IMG/VR virus record: IMGVR_UViG_3300005077_000565
Location: 32,001-96,000 of that record
Strand: one strand, 5' to 3'
DNA from: a virus
Length of the DNA stretch: 64,000 bases
In this document: positions 19,185 through 29,302 of the stretch, in pieces
Position numbering within the stretch: the first letter of the stretch is position 1
Layout: each line of letters starts with the position of its first letter
The notes under the pieces: generated by a model
Databases searched by the model: none
Seen by the model: only the letters and a program-made list of their open reading frames with translations
What the model was told of the DNA's origin: nothing
Program-made: the position numbers and the translations under genes

Positions 19185-20471
19185 GTGGCTCTTGTACCCG
19201 GTCAACTAATCCAGGCTGCAGACTACAACACCCTGGCAACTGTGGTCAACAAGCTGTATGCTGACAATCGTTCAGATTGTCAGTATTTTGCTGAATTTAC
19301 CAGTATTGTCGATGAGGGTACTAGTGAAGTCAGTTACGTCATTAATAACGCTACATTTTGTAATGCTATTTTTGTAATACATGAAACTGATTACCCAATT
19401 ATAAGTCCAGGATCAGGCCCATTTACGTTGTCTCCAGCACCGGTCACTGGTGATCTCATAGTAATTCAGATTGGGGATCAAGTAACAGTTGGTGTTGGAT
19501 ATATAATTGACTACAACGCCGGGACCATTACGTTTACAACGGCACTTCCAGCTGCAACTAGAGTCGTAATTTATAATAGAACACTGCATCGATTTGGCTA
19601 TGGCAACACTTCAGTTGTCAACAATCTTACTGCCGGTATACTGGTCGAAGGCGCATACACCAATGGACTAATCGACAGAACAAACATTATACTCGAGCAC
19701 GTCGGTGACGACAGTCAGTTAACTAACGTTGACATTGGGCAGATTATCACAGTAAACGAGGGGAATTTCCTTGAAAGTGTTATTAATAACTCAATTATAG
19801 CAAATAACACCTATCTAACATGTGTTGCTGGCAGTGAAATACCACATACACCGTATACTACTTATAATTCCTGGCAGGAAGTTTTAACTGCTGAATTCGC
19901 GTATACTTTCGACGATTATAACCAGGGCCGGTATTTTTTCAACAGCGGTGGTGAAATTCGATGGAAACTTGAAATCACTGGAAACGTCAATAACCTGGGA
20001 TTTATATCCTGGCACCGCGCCATATCGTCAATTGGTAAATTACGTATGACACACGACAATGTTTACCAGAGTGGGTGTGGTGGTATCAGTAATGGTTGTG
20101 GGTTCTACCATTTAACCAATGAATGGCAGTTGATTTTCACCAGTGGTTCGGGCGTATGTAGCTCATATGGTGGATATGGCGGATATGGCGGATACGGCGG
20201 ATATGGCGGATATGGCGGATATGGCGGATATGGCGGTTACACTGATTTGCGAGTTCAATTTTATGCTAGATTGACATCAACCGGCGGGTCACACCAAGTA
20301 GAAATCAAACTAGTCCTAGATGACAGTACGCATAGCAGTTACGTTATGAGTGGGTCATTAACCTACGTACCGAGTGTATTCCAACCCGACTACATAGCAA
20401 AAAATAATGTTGAATATTCTGTAACTGGACCAGTGATCAGTCAGACATCACCATTTACTGACTCTTTATAA
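19185..20471 (+). CDS. Tail fibre-like virion protein with (YGG)8 tract
   Basis: GTG start 1 nt after the previous stop; GQLIQAADYN and YFFNSGGEIR motifs; structural-module context. Confidence 0.6.
   Translation: MALVPGQLIQAADYNTLATVVNKLYADNRSDCQYFAEFTSIVDEGTSEVSYVINNATFCNAIFVIHETDYPIISPGSGPFTLSPAPVTGDLIVIQIGDQVTVGVGYIIDYNAGTITFTTALPAATRVVIYNRTLHRFGYGNTSVVNNLTAGILVEGAYTNGLIDRTNIILEHVGDDSQLTNVDIGQIITVNEGNFLESVINNSIIANNTYLTCVAGSEIPHTPYTTYNSWQEVLTAEFAYTFDDYNQGRYFFNSGGEIRWKLEITGNVNNLGFISWHRAISSIGKLRMTHDNVYQSGCGGISNGCGFYHLTNEWQLIFTSGSGVCSSYGGYGGYGGYGGYGGYGGYGGYGGYTDLRVQFYARLTSTGGSHQVEIKLVLDDSTHSSYVMSGSLTYVPSVFQPDYIAKNNVEYSVTGPVISQTSPFTDSL
20166..20240 (+). repeat. 9-bp tandem repeat (TATGGCGGA consensus) x8 encoding (YGG)8Y
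   Basis: Read directly; in frame within 19185..20471; synonymous variants present (GGT, TAC). Confidence 0.95.
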
Positions 20472-20478
20472 AAATTGA

Positions 20479-20507
20479 TTGACAACCTGATATAAATACG
20501 TTAAAGT
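20479..20507 (+). promoter_or_regulatory. Overlapping sigma70-like promoter (TTGACA-17-TAAAGT) and late box TATAAATA (20491-20498)
   Basis: Both motifs read directly in the gap before 20538, at the head of the enzyme cluster. Confidence 0.55.
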
Positions 20508-20537
20508 AGTAGTTAATACTCTTAAAGGTAATTTATA

Positions 20538-20885
20538 ATGGATGATCGTTTATCAAAAGCATTAGAGTTTTCAAATTATCGCATCACAATTGAAAACCAG
20601 AAAAAAGCCCTAAAGGCACGTGTCAGTACACTTCAGACATTCATGCATCAGGAAGGTGTCTGGACTGCTGATCTAGCAACAATTTCTTTTATACACACGC
20701 TAATCTCCAGTGGAGAAACTTCTAGTATTATTCAAGATACTCGCGGTAACCCCGTCCAAGTTGATGATCTGGCAGAATTCCTAAAATTATTAATCAGTAC
20801 CTATAACATGGCAATGAATGAGTTATCAGTGGAATTCAACAAATTGTCCAAGGCACGAAACATTAAAAAACTAATGGATTGGTAA
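20538..20885 (+). CDS. Hypothetical phage protein
   Basis: AAGG RBS; stop overlaps the next start; no recognisable catalytic motif. Confidence 0.6.
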   Translation: MDDRLSKALEFSNYRITIENQKKALKARVSTLQTFMHQEGVWTADLATISFIHTLISSGETSSIIQDTRGNPVQVDDLAEFLKLLISTYNMAMNELSVEFNKLSKARNIKKLMDW

Positions 20886-21775
20886 TGAATAACAACGGTG
20901 TGTGCTTCTTTGCATATAATAACGACCAGATCGACTATGTGAAACTAAGTTTGTTGCCGGCACTTCATGTTAAAAAATTCATGAAGAACAACAATACTTG
21001 TTTGATTACCAGCGATGGTGATTTTGCTTGGTTGGAAAAAAGTCAACCGTGTGAATTGATTGATCAGGCCTTTGATGAAGTCGTAATTGCCGACGTTGAA
21101 CATCGTCATAATATACGAACACATCACGACAGTCCCTGGACTAAATTTGATTCGCAGTTTAAAAATAGTAACAAGCATCTAATCAATAAATATTCACCTT
21201 TTGATCGAACATTGTTGTTAGACATTGACTATTTTGTGCGCAATGACAAACTGGACTATCTGTTTGATTCCGACGTAAATGTAGCTATGTATGATCGAGC
21301 GTGTGATCTTCGTCGTGATCCACCACATCTTTACGAACAATATTTAAATCCTGCCGGAATCCCCATGTGGTGGAGTACTCTAGTGTACTTTGATCGCAGT
21401 GACACCAGTGATATGTTCTTTGACCTCTGGGCACACGTTGCCGACAATTACGATTTTTATAAATTTTTATACGGGTTCCCTGGTAAAATGTTCAGGACAG
21501 ACTACTGTGTCAGCATTGTATCGCATATTATGAATGGCATGGTGCATGGTGATATTATACATCGTCCACTGGACAACTTAATGGAGTACATGGATCAGAA
21601 AGACGACATTGTTGAAATTAAATCAGCAGATGACTGGGTGTTCTTATCCAACGATCGCCGCGAAGCCTGGAATAACATTTTAGTACGAAACAAATCGTCA
21701 AATCTACACGTCATGAACAAACGAAGCATTGACCGTCATTATGATAAAATTTTAGAAAGTGTATATAATGTCTGA
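20885..21775 (+). CDS. Glycosyltransferase (GT-A fold, GT8-like)
   Basis: SPFDRTLLLDIDY contains the DxD motif; likely start is ATG 20885 rather than TTG 20879. Confidence 0.65.
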   Translation: MNNNGVCFFAYNNDQIDYVKLSLLPALHVKKFMKNNNTCLITSDGDFAWLEKSQPCELIDQAFDEVVIADVEHRHNIRTHHDSPWTKFDSQFKNSNKHLINKYSPFDRTLLLDIDYFVRNDKLDYLFDSDVNVAMYDRACDLRRDPPHLYEQYLNPAGIPMWWSTLVYFDRSDTSDMFFDLWAHVADNYDFYKFLYGFPGKMFRTDYCVSIVSHIMNGMVHGDIIHRPLDNLMEYMDQKDDIVEIKSADDWVFLSNDRREAWNNILVRNKSSNLHVMNKRSIDRHYDKILESVYNV

Positions 21776-22607
21776 AGGATACATTACACTGGCAATAACA
21801 CCGGAATCAATTCAGCGTGCAGTTGCATTGTGCGCCAGTGTCAAACTAATCGACAGCGCTCGCGAGTTTTGCTTGATCACTGATAAATTCACGTCAGTAC
21901 CAAAAAAATACGAATCCGTTTTTGACATGATCATCGAACTACCATTCGGTAACAGCGATCATACCGAAGATGAACACATCAATATCTGGCAGATGTTTTT
22001 GAGTAGCCCGTTTGACCGCACATTATTTTTAGATAATAAGGTTCTAGTTCTTAGTGATATTGAGCGCGCCTGGAGCGAGTGTGAAACTTACGATTTAATA
22101 TTCCCGCATGTCGTCAGAAATTTCCGTGGCGAACAACGTCCATTGAAATACAAATTCAATGTCCATCGAAAAAATAACATTCCTGAATTTTACACTGATG
22201 TGTTTTTCTTTGAAAAAACCGAGCGATCAGCCCAGTTTTTTAAGATGCTGGATCCGGTAATGCAGCAGCATCGTCGAGTATACTCGACTATAGTTACAGA
22301 ATCTTGCCCAGATTATTTTGACTGGAACTTATTGATTAACGTTGCGATCAGACTAGCTGGTGAAGAAACTAGAATTTTTGGTAATATTGATTATACACTA
22401 GTAAGTCTAGAAAATATTACATTGGATGATCACGATCTACCCAATGACTGGACTGATTATCTGAGTAACTGGTATAATAGTGGTAATTTAAAAATTAATA
22501 ACCATAGACTATCTGGAATAGTTTGTTATAATAGTGAAAATTTTATAGAAGAAGAAATTTTAGATGACCTCCACAGTAGGATTAACTTTAGTAAAATCGA
22601 CGTCTAA
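21768..22607 (+). CDS. Glycosyltransferase-like paralog (degenerate DxD)
   Basis: SPFDRTLFLDNK parallels the upstream gene; likely start ATG 21768. Confidence 0.55.
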   Translation: MSEGYITLAITPESIQRAVALCASVKLIDSAREFCLITDKFTSVPKKYESVFDMIIELPFGNSDHTEDEHINIWQMFLSSPFDRTLFLDNKVLVLSDIERAWSECETYDLIFPHVVRNFRGEQRPLKYKFNVHRKNNIPEFYTDVFFFEKTERSAQFFKMLDPVMQQHRRVYSTIVTESCPDYFDWNLLINVAIRLAGEETRIFGNIDYTLVSLENITLDDHDLPNDWTDYLSNWYNSGNLKINNHRLSGIVCYNSENFIEEEILDDLHSRINFSKIDV

Positions 22608-24351
22608 AGTTCGTGATTTTTTTGTATACTATAATGAATGGGATGGTTCAATTGTAACTGTGACCAGTTCCGAGTACGACAGTATTGGCCACCCATTTAT
22701 AATAACCGACAGTCCAGCGGCTGGTCTTATACTGCGCGGTGAAGCAAATGAGAATGATTATATTGTCACTTACAACGATACTAATTCTCTATGCCTGATT
22801 GAGCGTGGGAATGTAATCCGGCTACGCAGCAGTGAGAATAAACTTCATACTCTGACTAAAAAACATAGTCATGACTGGGATATACGTATAAAAGTATATA
22901 CTGGGAACAACAAAATGCTGGTAGAAATTAACAGCGAAAGTATCCGCAAACTCAGTAATATGACATTTAACAAAACTATCGAGATGAGTCCTAGTACTGA
23001 TCTAGGTCTTTATGTCATAAAGTATAATTCACCCGACTATTTTTTGGAAAAAATAAATGTTGATCCGGTTGAGTTGTTGACTGTGGGTAATGTGGTATAC
23101 GACATCAGTGATTTAAAAAAGCACATCAGTCTTCGCGATATTGGATTTTTAACCAGACGTATTTTTAAAAATTACTACTACGACATTGTACCCGACAGTC
23201 TGGATATTATCCAGCAAACACTGATTAAAAATAGAAGTTATGTGCACCGACATGCTGTTCACAATCTTGAACGTGCACATATCACAATGACACAGATTGC
23301 AGACCAGTTGACATTCACCACTAGTCTAAGCAAAACTGATTTAGAAGATCTGGGGTTGTATGAAGATGCCATCTGGTTATATGTTGTTGGAGACACTCCA
23401 GACGAGTACTACGGTAAAATACTGCTGGACATTAAAGAATTAAAAACTAAAAAAACTGTAACCATCACCAACGATGGTGATATCAGTCACGGCGTCTGGG
23501 GCAGTGATGCCGCACACAAAGCAGCCGCAGCATTAAGTGAAACCAGCAGATTTATCACTATTGATGCTGATAATATCGTGCACGATGATTTCTTCTCAGT
23601 GGAAGTAGACATGGATCGCATCGGTGAAAACGATGTGATTAGCTGGGCCGGTAAAAACGTTATTAACGGACTAGTCTACGGCAACGGCGGTATCAAATGC
23701 TGGCCAGTACATGTGGTCAACGGCATGCGCACACATGAAGCAGCACCGGCCAATGATAAGCGTGCCCAGGTTGACTTTTGTTGGAACATTAACTATGTGC
23801 AGATGAACAACATGTATTGCGACGTGCATAATAATGGCAGTCCCTATCAAGCGTACCGTGCTGGATTCCGTGAAGGATGTAAAATGAGTCTGGACGACGG
23901 TGATGTTGTAGACAAGTATGCGCTTAAAAAATTACATCGCAAAAATTATCAGCGCATGTTAGTGTGGATGTCGGTGGGTGCAGATGCCGCTAACGGACTC
24001 TGGGCCATATATGGTGCGAGACTTGGCTGTTATATGACTAACTTGGACAGAAATTCCTGGGACTGGCGCAACGTTCGAGATTTTAAGTGGCATACTGATT
24101 TCTGGAATTCCACTGTAGCACCACAGTTTGCTGATGAAAATGGTGTTTTGTGCCCGAGAACTGGCTATCGTTACAATCTAGAAAAATTACAAACAGAAAC
24201 TCTACGACTAGGTAAAATACTTCAGGATCAACTTGGACTGGAGATTGCTGACTTGGATGATAAAGCCAGCCGTTTCTTCAAAGAAACATATGTCAATCCA
24301 GCACGTGTAAGACCCATGGCACGAGAATCTGATGTAACCAACGAAATCTAA
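22564..24351 (+). CDS. Fusion of an unknown N-terminal domain and a glycosyltransferase-like domain
   Basis: C-terminal HGVWGSDAAHKAAA..FITIDAD..NGLVYGNGGIK..AYRAGFREGCKM is homologous to the ORF at 41534. Confidence 0.6.
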   Translation: MTSTVGLTLVKSTSKVRDFFVYYNEWDGSIVTVTSSEYDSIGHPFIITDSPAAGLILRGEANENDYIVTYNDTNSLCLIERGNVIRLRSSENKLHTLTKKHSHDWDIRIKVYTGNNKMLVEINSESIRKLSNMTFNKTIEMSPSTDLGLYVIKYNSPDYFLEKINVDPVELLTVGNVVYDISDLKKHISLRDIGFLTRRIFKNYYYDIVPDSLDIIQQTLIKNRSYVHRHAVHNLERAHITMTQIADQLTFTTSLSKTDLEDLGLYEDAIWLYVVGDTPDEYYGKILLDIKELKTKKTVTITNDGDISHGVWGSDAAHKAAAALSETSRFITIDADNIVHDDFFSVEVDMDRIGENDVISWAGKNVINGLVYGNGGIKCWPVHVVNGMRTHEAAPANDKRAQVDFCWNINYVQMNNMYCDVHNNGSPYQAYRAGFREGCKMSLDDGDVVDKYALKKLHRKNYQRMLVWMSVGADAANGLWAIYGARLGCYMTNLDRNSWDWRNVRDFKWHTDFWNSTVAPQFADENGVLCPRTGYRYNLEKLQTETLRLGKILQDQLGLEIADLDDKASRFFKETYVNPARVRPMARESDVTNEI

Positions 24352-24359
24352 TATATTAA

Positions 24360-25940
24360 ATGGAACTAGGAAATTTAAATTGGGACCGTAATCCCGACGA
24401 TGGTAAACAGCAGATTCGTATGAATGATTATAATGCGGGTCTGACTAAACAACTTCTAGATAGCACCGGGCCGGGTTTCTGCCTGGCCAAATGGAAACAG
24501 GTCACTGTACATCTTGGGACTGGTATGACACATAGTTGTCATCACCCCACTACACATAAGATTCCATTAGAAGAGTTAAAAAACAACGTAAGTGCACTGC
24601 ATAACACAGAATTCAAAAAGCAGCAACGAAAAACTATGTTGTCCGGGGGGCGCCCCGCAGAGTGTGATTATTGCTGGCGTGTGGAAGACAATGGTAATTT
24701 CAGTGATCGCCATTATAAGAGTATGGAATATTGGGCACTGCCAGAGCATGACAATATCGCCAAATTAACTGGTGATGAGAATGTATACCCTAGCTACCTA
24801 GAAGTGAGTTTTAGTAATGTCTGCAATTTTAAATGTACATATTGTGGTCCCGAATCCAGCAGCCAGTGGGTTGATGATTTAAAAACGCATGGTCCCATCA
24901 AGGTATTTGCTGAAACCCCGCATGAGACATGGATTCAGGGCTGGCAGAAGAATCTAGAATCGTTAAATTATAAAAATAACGAATTTAACCCCTACGTGGA
25001 TGCATTCTGGCGTTGGTGGCCAGAAGCGTACCCGCATCTTAAAGTATTCCGCATCACCGGCGGGGAACCACTGTTGAGTAAAGAAACCTTTAGGGTTATT
25101 GACTGGATTTCCGAAAATCCGAATCCCGATCTGGAATTTCACATCAATACTAACCTAGGAGTGCCGGAAAAATTATGGCAGCAGTTTCTAACCAAAATAA
25201 CTGCGATCAAGGACTCTGACAACGTTAATAACATTACGATATACACTAGTGTAGACGGCTGGGGCAAACGTGCCGAGTATGCAAGACCAGGCCTGGATTT
25301 TGAATTATTTAAGACTAGATATGAACAACTAGTGTCACTGGGAAATATTAGATGTGTGATCATGAGCACATATAATATTTTTAGTGTTACATCCTTCAAG
25401 CAACTCCTAGAGTGGCAACTGGCACTGCGTAAAAAATACAACGCCAACCCCAGTGTATATAAACTAGAAGATCTTGGATGGCGCACACGTCCTGACGTTG
25501 ACAACAATGAGTTGCGCTATAAAAATTCCAAACACAGCAGTGTCGTGGCCATTGATGTACCTTATTTACGTCACCCCAAAGTATTGGACGCTCACATCTC
25601 GTCTCATGATCTAGTCTACAACTATATGCTGCCTAGCTTGGACTTCATGTCGGACAATCAGAGTGAACCCAATTGGCGTTATCACATGGGATTTGAAGGC
25701 TATGAAATTGATAAACTTAGACGCATTGTCATGCATCGTATGTATTTTAACCAGCCAGTAAAAAACCCCACAGACATTGAGCGCGACGACATCAACCAAC
25801 TACGTGGGCAGTTCTATGATTATGTTAATATACTAGATCAGCGTAACGGAACAAATTTCTCTGAAACATTTCCAGAAATGGCCGAATTCTATCAAATGTG
25901 CAAAGAAGCCAAAGAAAAATGGTTATCCCTGCAAAAGTAA
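24360..25940 (+). CDS. Radical SAM protein with N-terminal twitch/SPASM-like Cys motifs
   Basis: CNFKCTYC, ITGGEP; N-terminal FCLAKW..SCHH..CDYCW. Confidence 0.88.
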   Translation: MELGNLNWDRNPDDGKQQIRMNDYNAGLTKQLLDSTGPGFCLAKWKQVTVHLGTGMTHSCHHPTTHKIPLEELKNNVSALHNTEFKKQQRKTMLSGGRPAECDYCWRVEDNGNFSDRHYKSMEYWALPEHDNIAKLTGDENVYPSYLEVSFSNVCNFKCTYCGPESSSQWVDDLKTHGPIKVFAETPHETWIQGWQKNLESLNYKNNEFNPYVDAFWRWWPEAYPHLKVFRITGGEPLLSKETFRVIDWISENPNPDLEFHINTNLGVPEKLWQQFLTKITAIKDSDNVNNITIYTSVDGWGKRAEYARPGLDFELFKTRYEQLVSLGNIRCVIMSTYNIFSVTSFKQLLEWQLALRKKYNANPSVYKLEDLGWRTRPDVDNNELRYKNSKHSSVVAIDVPYLRHPKVLDAHISSHDLVYNYMLPSLDFMSDNQSEPNWRYHMGFEGYEIDKLRRIVMHRMYFNQPVKNPTDIERDDINQLRGQFYDYVNILDQRNGTNFSETFPEMAEFYQMCKEAKEKWLSLQK

Positions 25941-25953
25941 TATATAATAGTAT

Positions 25954-27627
25954 ATGACTAAGAAAAAATTTGCTGATAACGTCTGGGAACGCAACGCTAA
26001 TGGCCAACTAAACATGTCTTTGGCTAATCGGCAACAAATACGTAATTTGTTGAATGAAACTGGGCCAGGATTCTGCCTAGCCAAGTGGTCACAGGTGACC
26101 ATGCATCTAGGCAACGGTCTAACACATAGTTGTCATCATCCCGGGGCACACAAAATACCACTGGAAGAACTCGCTGAAAATCCCGGTGCTCTACATAATA
26201 CAAAATATAAAAAATATCAGCGTAAATTAATGCTGTCAGGTCAACGCCCGTCGGAATGTGATTTTTGCTGGCGTGTGGAAGACAACAACGAATTCAGTGA
26301 CCGAGTTCTAAAAAGTCTCAGTGAATTCAGCAGCGACTACTATGATCAGATTGTTAATTACACCGGCGAAGAAGATCATTATCCAGCCTATGTTGAAGTA
26401 AGTTTTGGCAGGACCTGCAACTTTGCATGCTCGTACTGCGGTCCAGCATTTAGTAGTAAGTGGGAACAGGACATCAGCAAGTCAGGTCCCTACAAAGTAA
26501 TATATCAGGAGTATAACGCTGTACAGGAATCCGAAAAACACTACAACAACAACGAACATAATCCTTATATCGAAGCATTCTGGCGTTGGTTCCCCGATGC
26601 ATACAAACATATGCAGGTGTTTCGCATCACCGGCGGTGAACCACTGCTGATCAAGGACACATTCAGGGTCATGGATTTTCTATTGGCCAACCCCAACCCC
26701 AACCTCGAACTAGCAATAAATTCCAATGCCTGTCCGCCGGGAGATATCTGGGAGACATTTGTCAAGAAAGTAAAACGCCTGGTTGAAAATAACTGCGTTA
26801 AAAAATTTGATCTGTACACAAGTGCTGAAGCCACTGGTGAGCGTGCTGAGTATATTCGCGACGGCATGGACTGGAATATGTTTACAAAAAACATCGAGTA
26901 TTTTTTGACTGAAACTAGAAATACTCGGGTAGTGATAATGTCCACTTTTAACATACTCAGTGCCAGTACCTATCAGGAATTGCTGACCTGGATTTTGGAT
27001 CTCAAGCGCCGTTACAGCTATCATGGGCTGTTCAAGTGGTTTGAAGATCTGGGATTTTCACGTCATGAGCAGGGAGAGTTGCCCTACCAGGATAGGGTAG
27101 TTCCGGGATCAAATGCAGTTCATAGTCGCGTGGGCGTTGATATCCCCTACCTAAGACACCCTGCCTTTCTAGATGTTGCCATGTGTACACATGAGCAGAT
27201 AAACGACTACCTGATACCAGCGCTGGATTTTATGTATAGTAATCTCTCCAGTGCTGAATATTTTGGTACTAGTAGATTTGAAGATTACGAATGCATGAAA
27301 TTGAAACGCAATGTTTCGGATTGTATCAACAAATCAGTGCAGGTATATCCAGATGGCACACATCAAAATAAAACCATCGCATATGCTCGAGCACAATTTT
27401 ATAAATTTGTAGAAGAGTACGATCGACGCCGCAAAAAAGATTTCCTAAAAACATTTCCTGAATACACTGGATTTTATGACCTTTGCCGCATCGAGCATGA
27501 AAAATTATTTCCAGTACAGCATAGAACTATAATAGAAAAGGTAAAACAAGATGATCAAGTACAGAACACACTGGCAGTTGAACAAACAGTCGGGCCTGAT
27601 GCCAGCGACTCAGACACTAACGTTTAA
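25954..27627 (+). CDS. Radical SAM protein, tandem paralog of 24360
   Basis: CNFACSYC, ITGGEP; shares GPGFCLAKW.QVT.HLG.G.THSCHHP. Confidence 0.88.
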   Translation: MTKKKFADNVWERNANGQLNMSLANRQQIRNLLNETGPGFCLAKWSQVTMHLGNGLTHSCHHPGAHKIPLEELAENPGALHNTKYKKYQRKLMLSGQRPSECDFCWRVEDNNEFSDRVLKSLSEFSSDYYDQIVNYTGEEDHYPAYVEVSFGRTCNFACSYCGPAFSSKWEQDISKSGPYKVIYQEYNAVQESEKHYNNNEHNPYIEAFWRWFPDAYKHMQVFRITGGEPLLIKDTFRVMDFLLANPNPNLELAINSNACPPGDIWETFVKKVKRLVENNCVKKFDLYTSAEATGERAEYIRDGMDWNMFTKNIEYFLTETRNTRVVIMSTFNILSASTYQELLTWILDLKRRYSYHGLFKWFEDLGFSRHEQGELPYQDRVVPGSNAVHSRVGVDIPYLRHPAFLDVAMCTHEQINDYLIPALDFMYSNLSSAEYFGTSRFEDYECMKLKRNVSDCINKSVQVYPDGTHQNKTIAYARAQFYKFVEEYDRRRKKDFLKTFPEYTGFYDLCRIEHEKLFPVQHRTIIEKVKQDDQVQNTLAVEQTVGPDASDSDTNV

Positions 27628-28540
27628 TCTATTTGATAACCCAGTTACACATAGCTGGGTCGATGTCATTGAAAAAAAATTAGCCGAGCCTAACACCAGT
27701 GTAGAATCTCATACACCACACGGTGTATTTCCTGCATTCGACAACAAATATGAAGTAAATAAAATACTCTACGATCATGTACAGGTTGCCAAGCAGCTGA
27801 AATCTGATCTATATTGGCCAAAAAATGTCGACGACATTGATCAGGAATTATTAAATCGATTACATGAAAATTTTCATGAAGTACAGGAAAAGTATCTAGA
27901 TTCCAAATATCAGTCAGGTTATCCCGACGAAATAAAACCAGTGGCCAATGCCTTTGCTAAAATTAATCACTATGTGCATACACTGGAAAACATTTTAAAG
28001 TGGCAGGATCAGCCCGAGCAAGTACGTGCAAATCGTCAGAGCTACTACATTATTAATTTTGGATGTCAGGACGAACATTTAAGAAATCCAGTGACGGCGG
28101 AACTGCGGGAGTATTGGAAATACACCTATCATCCAGATCAAAAACGTGCACAATTAATTCTAGGTTATAATACAGTGGGGAAACATCTACTGCACTGTGT
28201 CACTGATAACGACGTTCAGGTGGTCACTGACCATATGATACGTCCGCAGACACTGGTGGGTGGTGAAGCAATGCTGGTGGTGGCCATGGGTGCAAGCATG
28301 ACTACATCACAGCAGGACGCTGATGAACGTAATCGAATAATGGAAACCAGCATAGACCGGTTTGTTGAAAATAACAAACTTCAAGATTATGTCGACTATA
28401 AAAATCCTGAAATTAGATACTGCCTGCAACCACAGCTGGGAGTTGTCAGTGATGAGCATGATAGCTGGACTGAAGAAGATTATTTTGTATTGTGTTCACA
28501 GTATAAATTTACCAGATCTGAAATTATTAGAGAAGAGTAA
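27599..28540 (+). CDS. Hypothetical protein (LH..F / N..VH..E / GK..DND family)
   Basis: Long ORF sharing motifs with 29299; start uncertain (27551 or 27599). Confidence 0.55.
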   Translation: MPATQTLTFNLFDNPVTHSWVDVIEKKLAEPNTSVESHTPHGVFPAFDNKYEVNKILYDHVQVAKQLKSDLYWPKNVDDIDQELLNRLHENFHEVQEKYLDSKYQSGYPDEIKPVANAFAKINHYVHTLENILKWQDQPEQVRANRQSYYIINFGCQDEHLRNPVTAELREYWKYTYHPDQKRAQLILGYNTVGKHLLHCVTDNDVQVVTDHMIRPQTLVGGEAMLVVAMGASMTTSQQDADERNRIMETSIDRFVENNKLQDYVDYKNPEIRYCLQPQLGVVSDEHDSWTEEDYFVLCSQYKFTRSEIIREE

Positions 28541-28546
28541 CAGTCT

Positions 28547-29302
28547 ATGAGCTTTCCTGAAAGAGTTTTGCTACTGGGATTAGCCCGCGGAGGGACTACC
28601 TATCTTCGCCAGCTACTTCGTAGTTGTATGCAACTCAATGATGGAAATACATTAATTGAACCCTACGGTGATATCGATCGTCGCTGCTGGGGGACTCGTG
28701 AAATTTCTAGGAAACAAGCCAAGGAAGAATATATTCAACTGTCTGCTAGGATTCAGAGTATACCCAATAATGAAAAATTCTTAATAAAGGACCATATTGG
28801 ACACTATGCTGACTGGTCTAAATTTTTTAATCAACCGTTTCCTTTTAGAACGATATACAAAAATTTTTATGTAATCAAACTTATACGGTATGATTTATTT
28901 GGTCTTAGTACCAGTCTATCTTTATCACAAACAACTAAAAAATATACGTATTTTGATGCTGATGCACAACCACGCGGTGTAGTAATACCCATTGATATTT
29001 TTGAACTAGCAGTGTTGACACAATGGAAATATTTATTAATGTTACATGACTGGCCAGATTGCGATATCGTTATTAATTACGACGATTTAACCGGAGACCA
29101 TCAGCTGGATCTGAAGCAACTGTTTAATGTAACTGGACACATTGATATTGATCCGCGGCAGATTAATATACAACGTAGTATCCCCTATACTGAATCAATA
29201 TCAAACTTCGATGAAATTCAGAAGAAATTTTTAGAAATAGTAACGAATTTAAAATCAGATATTTTAAATATTAACGAAAACAGAAAGGTAACTAAAAAAT
29301 GA
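28547..29302 (+). CDS. Sulfotransferase (Stf0/LpsS-like)
   Basis: LGLARGGTTYL (5'-PSB-like loop), then EP, LIR.D..STSL and YDDL; paralog of 38870. Confidence 0.6.
   Translation: MSFPERVLLLGLARGGTTYLRQLLRSCMQLNDGNTLIEPYGDIDRRCWGTREISRKQAKEEYIQLSARIQSIPNNEKFLIKDHIGHYADWSKFFNQPFPFRTIYKNFYVIKLIRYDLFGLSTSLSLSQTTKKYTYFDADAQPRGVVIPIDIFELAVLTQWKYLLMLHDWPDCDIVINYDDLTGDHQLDLKQLFNVTGHIDIDPRQINIQRSIPYTESISNFDEIQKKFLEIVTNLKSDILNINENRKVTKK

Noticed and set aside
20166-20240. CRISPR-like or non-coding repeat
   Set aside because: 9-bp units without spacers, in frame within a CDS
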